DNA of 64,000 nt from Octopus vulgaris (Eukaryota), in contig OX597821.1 in the NCBI GenBank assembly GCA_951406725.2, positions 5,642,001-5,706,000 of the forward strand, read 5' to 3'. The stretch's first letter is position 1; every line of letters begins with the position of its first letter. This document shows, piece by piece, positions 51,046 through 64,000 of this stretch. The translations under genes were made by a program, and so were the position numbers. Under the pieces are notes generated by a model, which searched no databases, was not told the origin of the DNA, and worked only from the letters and a program-made list of their open reading frames with translations.

Positions 51046-51540
51046 GTGGTCTGAATGTGCAGAGTCAGTTGGGCAAGGTGGGTGTGATAGGACATCCCAA
51101 CCAAGCTGTACCAACATCTATTGCGTCTGCAAGGAAACATGAGGTGAAGTGTTGTCACGAAGAAAGACTACACCTTTGACGTCACATCCAGACGTTTTCA
51201 TCAAATGTCTCCTCGAAACAGTCTAACTGGAAACAATAATTGCCAGAATTCAACGTCTGATTATACAATGCTTTTCCAATCTCAACAGATACAGAGCATC
51301 ATCGTCTTTGGATTCTGAACGGCTTTAAGAGTGATTAAAGCTGGATCGTTTGGTTGGTTTTCTCCAGGATATTCTTTGCTCCCGTTTTTTATCACCTATG
51401 ATCGTTCTTTCGAAATATGGGCCATTTTTTTTATTTTGATTTAATTTAATTTACTTTTGCTTTTGAGAAATGAATCACAGATGTGAATGGGGCCCATTAG
51501 ATTTTTTCTGTTGAATCTCGAAACTCACTAGTATCATAGC
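51046..51540 (-). pseudogene. Mariner transposase fragment, inverted relative to the adjacent copy
   Basis: Minus strand: EKNLMGPIHICDSFLK...TIIGDKK...NPKTMMLCIC*DWKSIV...KGVVFLRDNTSPHVSLQT...LGWDVLSHPPCPTDSAHSDH. Confidence 0.75.
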
Positions 51541-51616
51541 AATTCACGTATATATGTGTGTGAGTGTGTATATATGTATGTATATATACATATATACGTA
51601 CATACGCACACTCATA

Positions 51617-51654
<38 letters not shown>

Positions 51655-51659
<5 letters not shown>

Positions 51660-51878
51660 AGCAGAGTTATCGGTTATAGTAACCGACTAAGGGGTAAAAT
51701 ATCCGTATTTACTATCGGCATCAGTTACCTGTGCTATCCCTGGGCATGGGTATGCAGGTACACTATGCTCGTAGGGTACAGGTAATCATAGAAATGTTAT
51801 GTCATGTTTTGTATTAAAAAATAATCAACAGATGTGCTCAAATTTGTTTGTTGACCAAAAGTTTTCTCCATTTGCTGA

Positions 51879-51885
<7 letters not shown>
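51655..51885 (+). mobile_element. Unclassified ~235-bp (TA)n-flanked element
   Basis: Homologue of 30127-30366. Confidence 0.55.
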
Positions 51886-51909
<24 letters not shown>

Positions 51910-51924
51910 AATGTGTGTGTGTGT

Positions 51925-52110
51925 ATGTGTTGCTTTATATCTATCAATCTCTGACACATGTGATTTGCTTGGACTTTTTTTCCTTTCTCCCGCTTCTGAC
52001 GAAGAAGTGTCATGTTGGAAGCGTTATACACCCATTCATTTTTCCTTCTTATGCTGAGTTTCAATTCCATGTGTACGTTCTTTTGACTTTTGTTTTGTGT
52101 TATTTCTAAT
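51925..52110 (+). mobile_element. Decayed family H1 element with degenerate hammerhead
   Basis: CACATGTGA leader as in the 29880-30084 copy; CTGACGAAG...GAAGCGTTA at 51996-52026, with stem II and GAAA decayed. Confidence 0.5.
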
Positions 52111-52333
52111 TTCCGATTTGCCTATAAATATACATATCGTAAAATATAATTGCCAACTAAATGTGGTGGTCCCATAAAGGATGATGCTCCTGTTGTTTTT
52201 AGCCCCAGGAGGACACTGTCTGTGTCCGATTAGTATTTGCGAGAGGAAATCATCGTTCCCATCTCTAGACATTTTTCAGTTTATTGTTTAAGTAAACGTC
52301 GCTTAAGTCGGAATATATATATTATTATTATGA

Positions 52334-52404
<71 letters not shown>

Positions 52405-52456
52405 CTTTATATGTATATATGTATGTATATATATATAAAAATATATATATATAAAG

Positions 52457-52543
<87 letters not shown>

Positions 52544-52548
52544 CAACT

Positions 52549-52579
<31 letters not shown>

Positions 52580-52589
52580 GTATTCTATA

Positions 52590-53447
52590 ATTCTTTTACT
52601 TGTTTCAGTCATTTTGACTGCAGCCATGCTGGAGCACTGCCTTTAGTCGAACAAATCGACCCCAGGACTTATTCTTTGTAAGTCTGGTACTTATTCTATG
52701 GGTTTCTTTTACCCAACCCCTAACATAGGTTGTCAAACAATGCCGGGGAGACAAATGCAGACACACAAACACACACACAAATACACACACACACACACAC
52801 ACACACACATACTCATATCAAAAGGATTTGTTATAATACTATTCCACATATGTAAAAACAGCCATACCAACAATCAAACACACCTCCATCATCAGCTGCC
52901 CCACGGATATCATTATAATTTCGACACCTGGGCAGTACCATTCAATCCGGCATTGTCATCAGCACTAAAATAAGTGTTGTTTAGGAACAAACATACCAAC
53001 GAAACCACAACTCTGAAACACATTTACCCTATGTACAACAATATAGGTAAATATATTCAGTATAAATCTATAACCAACTCCTAAATACGTAACTAAACAG
53101 CGATCAATCCTTTAAATCATACAAACAATGTTCCCTACCGTCTTCCATAGTATATTATAAAAGTGAAAGCTTTATAATCACATTCGTTCAATCTAAATAT
53201 AGGCAAGATTACACACTAAATTTAAGCATAAACTACAACAAAGAAACACATAAACCTATGTACAACTGTATCGGTATTCATGGTAAACCTGCAATAACAA
53301 AATTATATACTAAATAGCGACCAATTTTAACTCCATACAAATAATAATCCCTCCAGTCTTCCATAGTTACTAATATAATTTTAAAAAAGTGACAGATTTA
53401 TAAAAATTCTTTCCAAAACAAAACAAACACAACTGAAAGAACTCTGT

Positions 53448-53511
<64 letters not shown>

Positions 53512-53666
53512 ACAGACTTCTTTCCGTTTCCGTCTACAAATCCACTTACAAGGCTCTGGTCGGCCCGAGGATATAGCAGAAAACACCTGCCCATGGTGTC
53601 ACGCAGTGGGACTGAACGCGGAACGATGTGGTTGGGCAGCAAGCTTCTTATCACACAGTCACGCCT
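52590..53666 (-). mobile_element. SINE family A split by a ~650-bp insertion at its internal microsatellite
   Basis: Tail 52590-52790 and head 53505-53666 are both on the minus strand. Confidence 0.7.
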
Positions 53667-53814
53667 ATATATATATATATATATATGTGTGTGTCTGTGT
53701 GTGTGTGTGTGTGTGTGTATACTTATATACAAACATGTATGTATATATGCATATACATATATATATGTATATATACATTTATATATATACATATATATAT
53801 ATACATATACATAC

Positions 53815-53866
<52 letters not shown>

Positions 53867-53889
53867 GTATATACATATATATATAATAT

Positions 53890-54106
53890 GTATTTGTGTG
53901 TCTATGTCTGTCCCCTCACCATCGCTTGACAACCAATGGCGGTGTGTATGTTCCCGAAATTTAGCGGTTCGACAAAAGATACCAATAAAATAAGTATTAG
54001 ATTAGACTTACAAAGAACAAGTCCTGGGGTCGGTTTGTGCGACTAATGGCTGTGCTCCAGCGTAGCCTCAGTCAAAATGACTGAAACAAGTAAAAGAATA
54101 AAAGAA
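53890..54106 (+). mobile_element. SINE family A, 3' half
   Basis: CCATCGCTTGACAACC...GTCCTGGGGTCG...GACTGAAACAAGTAAAAGAATAAAAGA. Confidence 0.78.
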
Positions 54107-54596
54107 TATTTATATATACACACACGAATGCATACACACACGCGAAACCACACACACACATATGCATGTGTGCATGTGTGTATGTTTATACAGCCATTTG
54201 TAAAAGTTTGTGGCCTAAGGTTACAAAATGCTATTATTGTACAATGGGAAAAGATAACGCGATTTAAAAGCGCACTGTTTACGAATCATAATGAAATAAA
54301 CACACACAGAGATGCTAACACAAACCCAGATTCATCTAGGCATACATACATTCACACACATATATATCTAAAAGTACACATACATACCTGTATGCGTATG
54401 ACCATTTACACATAGTCATGTTAAACTTTCTGTTGTTAACTTTGCTCGTATCGATCAATAGTATCATATCTGTATTGGTAAAAAAGAACACGGAATTCTT
54501 TTCAACTTTTGATCAAAATTATAAAGTTTCCATTAAAAATATATATTGAAAAATATAAATAAATGAAATGCAACAAATACACATAACGTGTGTATG

Positions 54597-54645
<49 letters not shown>

Positions 54646-54651
54646 CAGATT

Positions 54652-54699
<48 letters not shown>

Positions 54700-54735
54700 G
54701 ATATATATATATATATATACATACATATATACATA

Positions 54736-54900
<165 letters not shown>

Positions 54901-56207
54901 ACTATGAAAATAAAACGCAAAAAAAAACTGACCAATGAAATTTTTTTTCACTGAATGTTGGTTACGTTTTCGCTTTCAGTCTGAGTCTGCAAATAATTTC
55001 AATAAACTGAAAGATATGATGGATAATTTCCAATATCTCTCTCATTTTGTCTTGTTATCGCCTGTTGTTGTTGCCGTTGTTGTTATTTTTACTTACAATA
55101 AGCATTATGAGGAAACACGGTAGTATGGCGTCGAAGGTATTGTAAAAGGAAAAGAGAAAAAAGAAAAGAGTGAGAGAGGAGTGCCATGGAAGGTAGGAAG
55201 GAAGGAAGGAGGGAAGGAAGAGAGAATAAAAATTGGGAGAGGAGTTATGAATGATGATTATTACTAAGGAAGGGGAAGATATAAAAGACTAACAACAATT
55301 CTCGTCTGCAACGCCTGTCAACCATATTTTGACAGTATTAGGAAACTGAACGACTTTACTCTGAATCTCATTTCGCTTCCAAAAACTAATCTACAGATTA
55401 TTCTTTCTTTATTTTATTTTATTTTATTGTTTGTTTATTTCTTTATTTAATTATTTTTATATTTTTGTCAAAGATAAAACATAGTAACAACACAGCACAA
55501 CATACTTTATAGTTCGAAAGTTGACTGTTATTTCTCTAAAGTTATCTAATAATGGGGACTGAACACATCTCTGTCCTTATTCTTTCTTCTTCCTTCATCT
55601 TTTTTTCTTCTTTATAATATAATTTTGCGTTTATTCTTCTCCATATTTTTTCATTTCATTTTTGTTCATCTTAATTTTTTCGACTTTTTTTTCCTTCGTC
55701 TTCCTTCTTTCCCCTTCCTCTTTCAATAAAAACTCGATAACAAATGAAAATTGATTTTCATATCCAATAAAATCTGAAATGTATTGTTAGGTGAAGAGTG
55801 AGCGTGTAGCGTTGGGAGGCTGGGCAAGGATAAGAGCGGGATAACGGTGATCTGTTATATGGTAACTCTTCTCTTAAGGAAGTCACTTCCAGTCAAAAGA
55901 GCTAAGTATAGTTTCAATAGGTTATTACAAAAGAATTGGGTACGACATTACTCTTTCTGGAAAGCTAGGAGTACACAATAAAATGGCGAACATTATTGGC
56001 TGGTTGCAAAATTCATTCTTTTCTTTTGGTTGTATTTTTGATACTTCTTTGTCTTTTCTGCTTTTGGTTTCTTTTTATGCTTTTCAAACATTCAAGCGTG
56101 TGTCTGTGCGTCAGTGGACAGCTGTATGTGCATGTGTATATTTGTGTCCATGTCTAAAAATATGCGTAACATCAACATGCAGATACGTCTAGATGTCTAT
56201 GCATGTG

Positions 56208-56324
<117 letters not shown>

Positions 56325-56404
56325 GCAGATATGTACGCTCATACGCACATAAACACAGGACACACATACGTCTATTCATGCACACACACATACACAAATA
56401 TATT

Positions 56405-56585
56405 CTTTTACTTTTTTATTCTTTTACTTGGTTCAGTCATTTGACTGCGGCCATGCTAGAGCACCACATTTAGTCGAATAAATTGACTCCCAGGGCTTAT
56501 TTTTTTTCAAGTCTAGACTTATTCTAGACTGGGTATATGACTTATTCTATCGGTCTCTTTTGCCGAACAGCTGTTACGGGGACAT
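56405..56585 (-). mobile_element. SINE family A, 3' half
   Basis: TTCAGTCATTTGACTGCGGCCATGCT...CTTATTCTATCGGTCTCTTTTGCCGAAC. Confidence 0.78.
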
Positions 56586-56654
56586 GTGCATGTGAGCATA
56601 TATATAGTTATAAGATGCAATATATCTGAATAAAACACTAGATAATTATGGCTT

Positions 56655-57246
56655 CAACGTCTTTTATCATGATATTCTGCGTAAGGAATGGCCTAGGGCT
56701 AAACAGCTACAACAATATCTTGGTTCATAGATTTGACCTAAGCCTAAAGAATTGCAACGTATCCGATCGTAGTTCTACTGGATCAAGACTAACCAGGGGC
56801 TGAACGACAACCATGATGCTTTTGATTATAAGCCTGCTAGTTCAGGACTAGCCTGGGGCTGAAAAATGTAAACGATCTTTGATCATATGTCTGCTGGTTC
56901 AGAGTCGAACATAGGTCTGCTGGGTATATGACTAACTTGGAGATATACTGCATCTTCGATCATAGATCTGAAAGATCAGAATGACCTGGAACGAGACATC
57001 GTCAACAGCAACCTTAATCATTGGTCCATCGGATGGGACCAACATGGATCTAAATAACAATTGCGTTGGTTTTGATCATTGATCAGTTGACCACTAGACG
57101 GGGCTGACTTAAGTTTAAACAACAGCAACGCTTTTGTTCTTGCGTCGCCGCAGTCAAGTACGAACTATTGATTTAGTGTCAAACAATAAGACAAATCTTT
57201 GATCATGGGTTTGCTTTTTGAGGCCAACTGGTTCTAAATAATAACC
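56655..57246 (+). repeat. Diverged tandem array of ~55-60-bp units
   Basis: About 10-11 units resembling TTTGATCATAGGTCTGCTGGATCAGGACTGACCTGGGGCTAAACAACAAC. Confidence 0.7.
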
Positions 57247-57452
57247 ATTTTTATTATAGGTATAATACCGGAAATTTTGTGGAAGGAGACTAGTCGATTA
57301 GATCGGCCCCAGTGATCAACCGGTACTTATTTCATCGACCCAGAAATAATGAAAAGTAAAGTCGATCTCAACGGTATTTGAACTCAGAACGTAAAGCTGA
57401 AGGAAACGCCGCTGTGCGTTTTGTCTGTCCTGCTAACGATGCTGTCAGCAGC
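57245..57452 (-). mobile_element. SINE family B
   Basis: TAGTCGATTAGATCGGCCCCAGT...GGTACTTATTTCATCGACCC...ATTTGAACTCAGAACGTAAAG. Confidence 0.75.
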
Positions 57453-57599
57453 TAAATAATAACAACAATAACATTAGGAAGACTTGAGATTGTTTCTACT
57501 TTAGGGAATAGGACAACAGGGGTGAAGAGAGAGGGAGAGAGGGTGGTAGTACGCTCTTATTCAAAGCTTGATTACTTCTTGTTAGATGTTCGTTTTTTC

Positions 57600-57995
57600 C
57601 GTGCGTGAGTACGTAAGTTACTTTTTAGAACCGAGAATTGTTTGAAATTTGTATCACAAAAGGTGCAAATAAGCCTGAAATCAATTGTCTTGTCTTGTCC
57701 GATTGGCTGATATTGAAAAACCTTTTCAGACCAGCTTGAAGTTTACCTGTCTTATCACGGATATGAATATGCCATATGAGCGTATCTGCTGAAATGGTCT
57801 TTTTGTCATCTGAGCTAGTTGCATGAAGATGCGTTTTGTGATATGAAATGAAGCCAGTTTTAAGAAAGAAACTCCTACCACACTTTGAGCAACTGAAGAA
57901 TGACATTATCTCCGTTATTTTTCAGTAATTATCTTTTCAAATTTTAATTACTTTTGATTGTTTTTTTTCAAAATCTTAGACCAAATCTCTCGCTA
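57600..57995 (-). mobile_element. RTE-like LINE 3' end with single C-terminal zinc finger
   Basis: FSCSKCGRSFFLKTGFISYHKTH, preceded by a decayed DFEKK...K-rich stretch, matches the F-C-x2-CGR...GL-SH-R-H terminus of RTE ORFs. Confidence 0.5.
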
Positions 57996-58188
57996 TTTAT
58001 TGTGTGTGTGTGTGTCAGTGTGTGTCAGTGTGTTTACCTGTGTGTGCGCGCATGTGTGTGTGCGCGCATGTGTATGTGTGCGCATGTTTGTGTGCGCGCA
58101 TGTTTGTGTGCGCGCATGTGTGTGTGTGCGTGAGTGCCTTTTGTGCGCGTGCGCACGCGTGTGTGTATGTGAGTTCTCATATATGTAT

Positions 58189-58467
58189 GATGGTGGTGGT
58201 GGTGGTGGTGGTGGTGGTGGTGGTGGTGGTGGTGGTGGTGGTGGTGGTGGTGGTGGTGGTGGTGGCGGTGGTGGTGGTGGTGGTGGCGATGGTGGTAGTG
58301 GTGGTGGCGGCGGCGGTGGTGGTGGTGGTGGTGGTGGCGGCGGCGGTGGTGGTGGTGGTGGTGGTGGTGGTGGTTGTGGTGGTGGTTGTGGTGGTGGTGG
58401 TGGTGGTGGTGGTGGTATGGTGATGGTGATGGTGGTGGTGGTGATGGTGTTGGTGGTGGTGGTGGTT
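58189..58467. repeat. (GGT)n microsatellite with GGC/GAT variants
   Basis: About 280 bp; source of the poly-G, poly-V and poly-W ORFs. Confidence 0.97.
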
Positions 58468-58900
58468 CTACTAGCAGCCTTGTTTTGGATTTTGGTGCTG
58501 GTGCTGGAGATGGTGCTAGTGGAGTTAATGTTGCCGAAGAGATATTATTAGTGTGTGATTAAAATTAATGGCAAAACATTGAATTCGAAACAATTAATCA
58601 AATAAGTTGAAATTGGAAATTAATTCCAGAAAAGTCTACGTGATTTCTAAGTCTTCGCAATAATGGAGTTTTGCAGAAGTTTCCTCAAAAATATATAACT
58701 TGTGGAAGCTTAAAAAGTATTGTGAAAGAAATGCTAAATGACATTTATAAATGAAAACTATTTCTAAATGAAGTAAAATACACACACAGAACTGTGTGGC
58801 TAAGAGGTTCCCTTGGCAAATTCCTAGTCTTTGGTTCGATACCATTGCGCGGCAATTTGGTCAAATTTCCACACAGCCTTGGCTTTGTTGTCTCATTTTA

Positions 58901-58979
<79 letters not shown>

Positions 58980-58980
58980 G

Positions 58981-59166
58981 GTTTTTATGTCCTGTACTCA
59001 TATATGCATGTATATATACATATATATGTAGGTATGTACATATATGTATGTATATATACATTCATTTATATATCATTTATATTATTATATGAGCGAACAC
59101 CACGCATCCTTTTCTAAGTAAGTGTTATCTTAATAATTACGATGCGCACACTTCTATCTCTACTAT

Positions 59167-59202
<36 letters not shown>

Positions 59203-59748
59203 TTCATCCTTTCTGGTTTTCTCTTCTACCCTTCCCTATTCCTCTCCTCTTCCCTCTCTCACACTCCTCCTCCTCCTCCTCCTCGACTCTCTCGTCGCTG
59301 ATACCTGACGAAAGAGAATCCTTCTTTCCGACGACTACCTTCCTAAAGACAAAACGTGCTTATACTGTCTCCTCTCATAAGCTCGTCTTCCTAGCGTTCA
59401 TAAAAGTTTTTTCTATCGTCTTGGCCTAACAATCCTCACCGTTTGTTTTTACTGTTTTGTTCTCACTGTCCTGTTCTTGTTACCACTTTCACCCTCTGCA
59501 AAAAATCCCAAATTTTATTTAATTTGCTTTGCGAGAAGGACTGTTTCAACGAAGTCGTGTATTGTCAGTGCCTTCGTGACGCGGAGTAGATGAAACAAGG
59601 ACAACTGAAGAAGGGGAATATTCTTTATGTTGCATGCCTCGTTTCTCTGTTTTTTTGTTTTTTTGTTGTTTGAAGAGAAAGTTCTTTCTATGTTTTTGTT
59701 TTTATGTTTTCGTTTCTCATTGTGTTCATCGTTTTTTGATGTCCTGTA

Positions 59749-59806
<58 letters not shown>

Positions 59807-59850
59807 GGTATGAACATATATGTATCTATATATGCATATATTATATATTA
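58981..59850. mobile_element. Family H3 element, longer copy with terminal redundancy
   Basis: Collinear with 30615-31307; TTTT-ATGTCCTGTAC...ATATGT-GGTATG-ACATATATGTAT occurs at both ends. Confidence 0.75.
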
Positions 59851-59852
59851 TG

Positions 59853-59904
<52 letters not shown>

Positions 59905-59906
<2 letters not shown>

Positions 59907-60267
59907 TCTTTTACTTGTTTCAATCATTTGACTGCGGCCATGCTGGAGCACCGACTTTAGTCGAGCAAATCGACCCCGGGACTTATTCTCTGTAAGCCCA
60001 GTACTTATTCTATCGGTCTCTTTGCCGAACCGCTAAGTTACGGGGACGTAAACACACCAGCATCGGTTGTCAAGCAGACACACAAACACATACACACACA
60101 CATATATATATATACATATATACGACAGGCTTCTTTCAGTTTCCGTCTACCAAATCCACTCACAAGGCCTTGGTCGGCCCGGGGCTATAGCAGAAGACAC
60201 TTGCCCAAGATGCCAGGCAGTGGGACTGAACCCGGAACCATGTGGTTGGTTAGCCACTCCTGCGCCT
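59905..60267 (-). mobile_element. SINE family A, full length, young
   Basis: Close match to the 31975-34414 copy once the insert is removed. Confidence 0.9.
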
Positions 60268-60280
60268 ATTATATATATAT

Positions 60281-60531
60281 AATTTGTTTAAAAAAGCCGC
60301 AATAATTATGCACCAACCCGATATGTAACAAAAACAATACCAACATGTAACAAAAACATCTTTAAACGATTATTCCGGAGCATATTCACCATCTACTTCA
60401 ATTACTGCTTCCCATTTGCTTGGCAGACGGTCAGACTGTCATTTAAAGATGTTTTTGTTAAATATTGTTGTTGTTTTTGTTGAAAAAGATTTGTTGAAAG
60501 AAAGCCGCAATAATTATGCACCAACCCAATA
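60281..60531. mobile_element. Mariner-derived MITE with flipped left TIR
   Basis: AAAGCCGCAATAATTATGCACCAACCC-ATA at 60293-60323 and 60501-60531 in direct orientation; inner inverted repeat TAACAAAAACATCTTTAAA; core encodes LPSKWEAVIEVDGEYAPE* on the minus strand. Confidence 0.72.
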
Positions 60532-60908
60532 TATTTGTCTATAGATACACGTAAATACACGCAGAAGGAGATAGAGAAGTATAGACAGAAATATAAAGGT
60601 AGGTAGAAGGGCATGCGCTCGGCTTTAGTTTTCTGTTTCTCACCATTTGGTGACTTGTGTAGTTACGTCCCGTAATTTAGTGATTCGGCAAAAAGTTAAC
60701 GATAAACAAAGTTCTAGACTTTTAAAAGAGGTACTGAAGTCGATTGCTCGATTAAATCCTCCGAGACGATATCCAAGTATGACCACGGTCCAGTCTCGGA
60801 AACAAGTCAAAGAAAAGGGGGGATATGGAACAGAAAATAATCAAAACCAGAACAATTACATGACCAACAGGATGAAGTAGCAGGTACAAGTCATTACAAG
60901 CCTGAAAT

Positions 60909-60977
60909 ATTATTGTTGTTGTTGTTGTTATTATTATTATCATCATTATTATCATCATTATTATTATTATCATTATT

Positions 60978-61073
<96 letters not shown>

Positions 61074-61086
61074 GTTATTATTATTA
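60909..61086. repeat. (ATT)n microsatellite
   Basis: Direct inspection. Confidence 0.96.
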
Positions 61087-61152
61087 TAACGTCACATTTT
61101 TTGTTTATTGTCCTTTTCTTTTCTCTATAACATTATTCTCTCTTCCTATATC

Positions 61153-61224
<72 letters not shown>

Positions 61225-61460
61225 TGTCTTCTTTATTCTCCCTCCTTCCCTAAAGTCCATATATATATATACATATTATATACACACACACATCAAACAT
61301 ATACATTTGTATTAAACATTGTACATTCATATATATATTTACATAAATTATATGCATGCGTATATATATGTATGTATATATGTACTTGTGTATATATGTA
61401 TATACATGCATACATATATATATACATATATATATATATATACATATATACACACACACA

Positions 61461-61520
<60 letters not shown>

Positions 61521-61657
61521 ACTTTTATTGTATTCTGGTTTCATTTTTGTTTAGGTTTATCCAATTGTGTTAATGTCAGAACATCATGAATAGCATTTTC
61601 TCATATACATGTGCATACCTGCGTCTGTACGTATGCATGTTTGCACACAGAGGCGCA

Positions 61658-61721
<64 letters not shown>

Positions 61722-61824
61722 CATATAAACATACATACGTTTGGTCAAACACATACACACACATGTAGATACATCAATACATATATATACGTACATACAT
61801 ATATTTATTATATATATATATTAT

Positions 61825-61888
<64 letters not shown>

Positions 61889-62465
61889 ATGATATTCACT
61901 TCTCGACTGACAGCTCTGTAATAAACATTCAGATAGCATTTGTCTCACAGTTTTTATATATTTTCCTTATATATATATTATTATTGAATGCAAGTAACTT
62001 TGCTTGCTTGCTTGCCGGATACTGGATTGTAAACGACTTCCGTCAATATGGCTTTTCTTCATATAACAGTTGTTACCTACTACGCAATTTTTGCCACGTC
62101 GTTTGCAATTTACTTCAGAAGACAGCCTACATTCTTTTTTTATGTTTTCTTTTATTTTTTTTTTGTTAGTTTCATGTTGTTGTTGTTGTTGTTTGGTGTT
62201 TTTGTGAAATCTTTCTGACAAAGGACTTGAGATTGAAATAGGATTTTGTGCTAATAGGTGTTATATTGTTGAAAATTTATAGTTCTGTGTTCAGTGGGAG
62301 AGCGGCTTCTGTCTGTTCTACGTGGATGTATGGCTCATCGTGGACAGATCTATTTTTGTAAGTATGTATGTACGTGTCCCTTCGTATGAGCTTGTGTGTG
62401 CGCGCGTAATTATATACGAGCGTCTATTTGCCTGTGTGTGTTTTTCTATGTATGTTTGTATATGA

Positions 62466-62950
<485 letters not shown>

Positions 62951-62966
62951 GGGGGGTGTGTGTGTG

Positions 62967-63014
<48 letters not shown>

Positions 63015-64000
63015 TATGATATTTTGTATAGTATATGTATATGTAGCTCGTGGATTTGTGTATGAGTATTTGTATAAGACTGGGTTAATTTGTGTCTGTG
63101 GCGTACGTATATGTATGTGCGGTTCTGTGTCTGTTTATGTGTGCGGGTATGTACGTGCTTCTATCTGTGAGTATGTGTGTGTTTGGATTATGTTGTGCAT
63201 ATGTATGAGTGTATTATTTGATGAGTGTGTGTGCGTGCTATTGTATGAGTTTGCGTGTGTATGGTTCTTTGTAAGAGTGTGTGTGATTTTGTTATCGTGT
63301 GTGCGTGGTTTTGTCTGTCTACACATATGTGTGTATGTGTTATTTTGTCATGTGTACGTGTGTGTGTATGTGTTTGTGTGTGTGTGTGTGCGTGTGTGTG
63401 TGTGTGTGTGTGCGTGTGTGTGTCTGTGTGTGTATGCGTGTTTGTATGTTGTCTATGCGCGTGTATCTGCAAATCTGTGTGTATTTGTATGTGTGGATAC
63501 CGCGAGTGGGTGATCGCCTGTATGAGAGTGTGTGCTTGTACGCATGCGTGTTCGTGTGGGGGTGGGGTGGGGGTGCGTGTGTGTGTGTGTGTGTGTTTCT
63601 GTGTATGCGTGTATGTCTGTGTATGTTATGCTGTGTATCTGTATATGCGACGAAAGAGCTTGAGTGTATATATGTAAAAAAGGGTGTTTATGGCGTCGAG
63701 TCTGTAAAAAGAGCTAAGTTCGTGCGTTCGTGCATGTGTGTATGCTTCCATATATGAATGTGAATGTGTGTGTGTGAACGTGTGCTTCGCTGTGCAGTTA
63801 ACTTATGTTGGAGACTGCATGTCTGTTTGTAGATACAAGTATGAAATTTCGTGTGAGTGCGTGCGTGTGTGTGTGTGTATGTGCACACGCACGCGTGTGT
63901 GTGTGTGTTTGTGTGGTGCTGTGGGCTTGTGGAGAAAATTTTGAAGGCAACTGCTTGTGTATTTAGAAACATATGCATCAGTATATGTCTATTTAGAGTG

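Noticed and set aside
56655-57246. CRISPR-like array (also 25455-26040 and 8846-9155)
   Set aside because: Units are diverged along their whole length with no invariant repeat and unique spacers; no cas genes; eukaryotic context.
57625-57906. ORF with CSKC...YHKTH as a host C2H2 zinc-finger gene
   Set aside because: Single imperfect finger with no TGEKP linkers and stops upstream; fits an RTE LINE C-terminus better.
59530-59580. Hammerhead-like CTGACAA...GAAACAGTC on the minus strand of the H3 element
   Set aside because: Stem I does not pair next to the core, C3/A8 mismatch, and the CTGA is absent from the 30615 copy.

Overview
AT-rich eukaryotic non-coding DNA, intergenic or a large intron. 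The SINE repertoire and extreme microsatellite density suggest a cephalopod, probably Octopus; this is an inference from repeat style, not a database match. I find no host protein-coding exon: almost all of the ORF track is microsatellite read-through ([12 protein letters not shown], poly-I/N/G). The window is a mosaic of four tRNA-derived SINE families with swappable heads and tails, a frameshifted DD34D mariner plus other mariner relics, four non-autonomous Helitrons, hAT and Tigger-type MITEs, and 3' fragments of CR1-like, RTE and HERO-like LINEs. Three things stand out. (1) At least six well-formed and several decayed minimal hammerhead ribozymes lie in small non-coding elements inserted in (TA)n tracts, including a 362-nt unit with terminal redundancy or inverted arms, covarying stems and a U3:A8 core variant (Penelope pLTR / non-LTR retrozyme-like). 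(2) A 2.0-kb ORF1-only retroelement with a CCHC knuckle and a 15-bp TSD sits in a SINE head that is itself inside a Helitron. (3) Several long fold-back structures are present. Repeat boundaries were read by eye and may be off by 10-20 nt.
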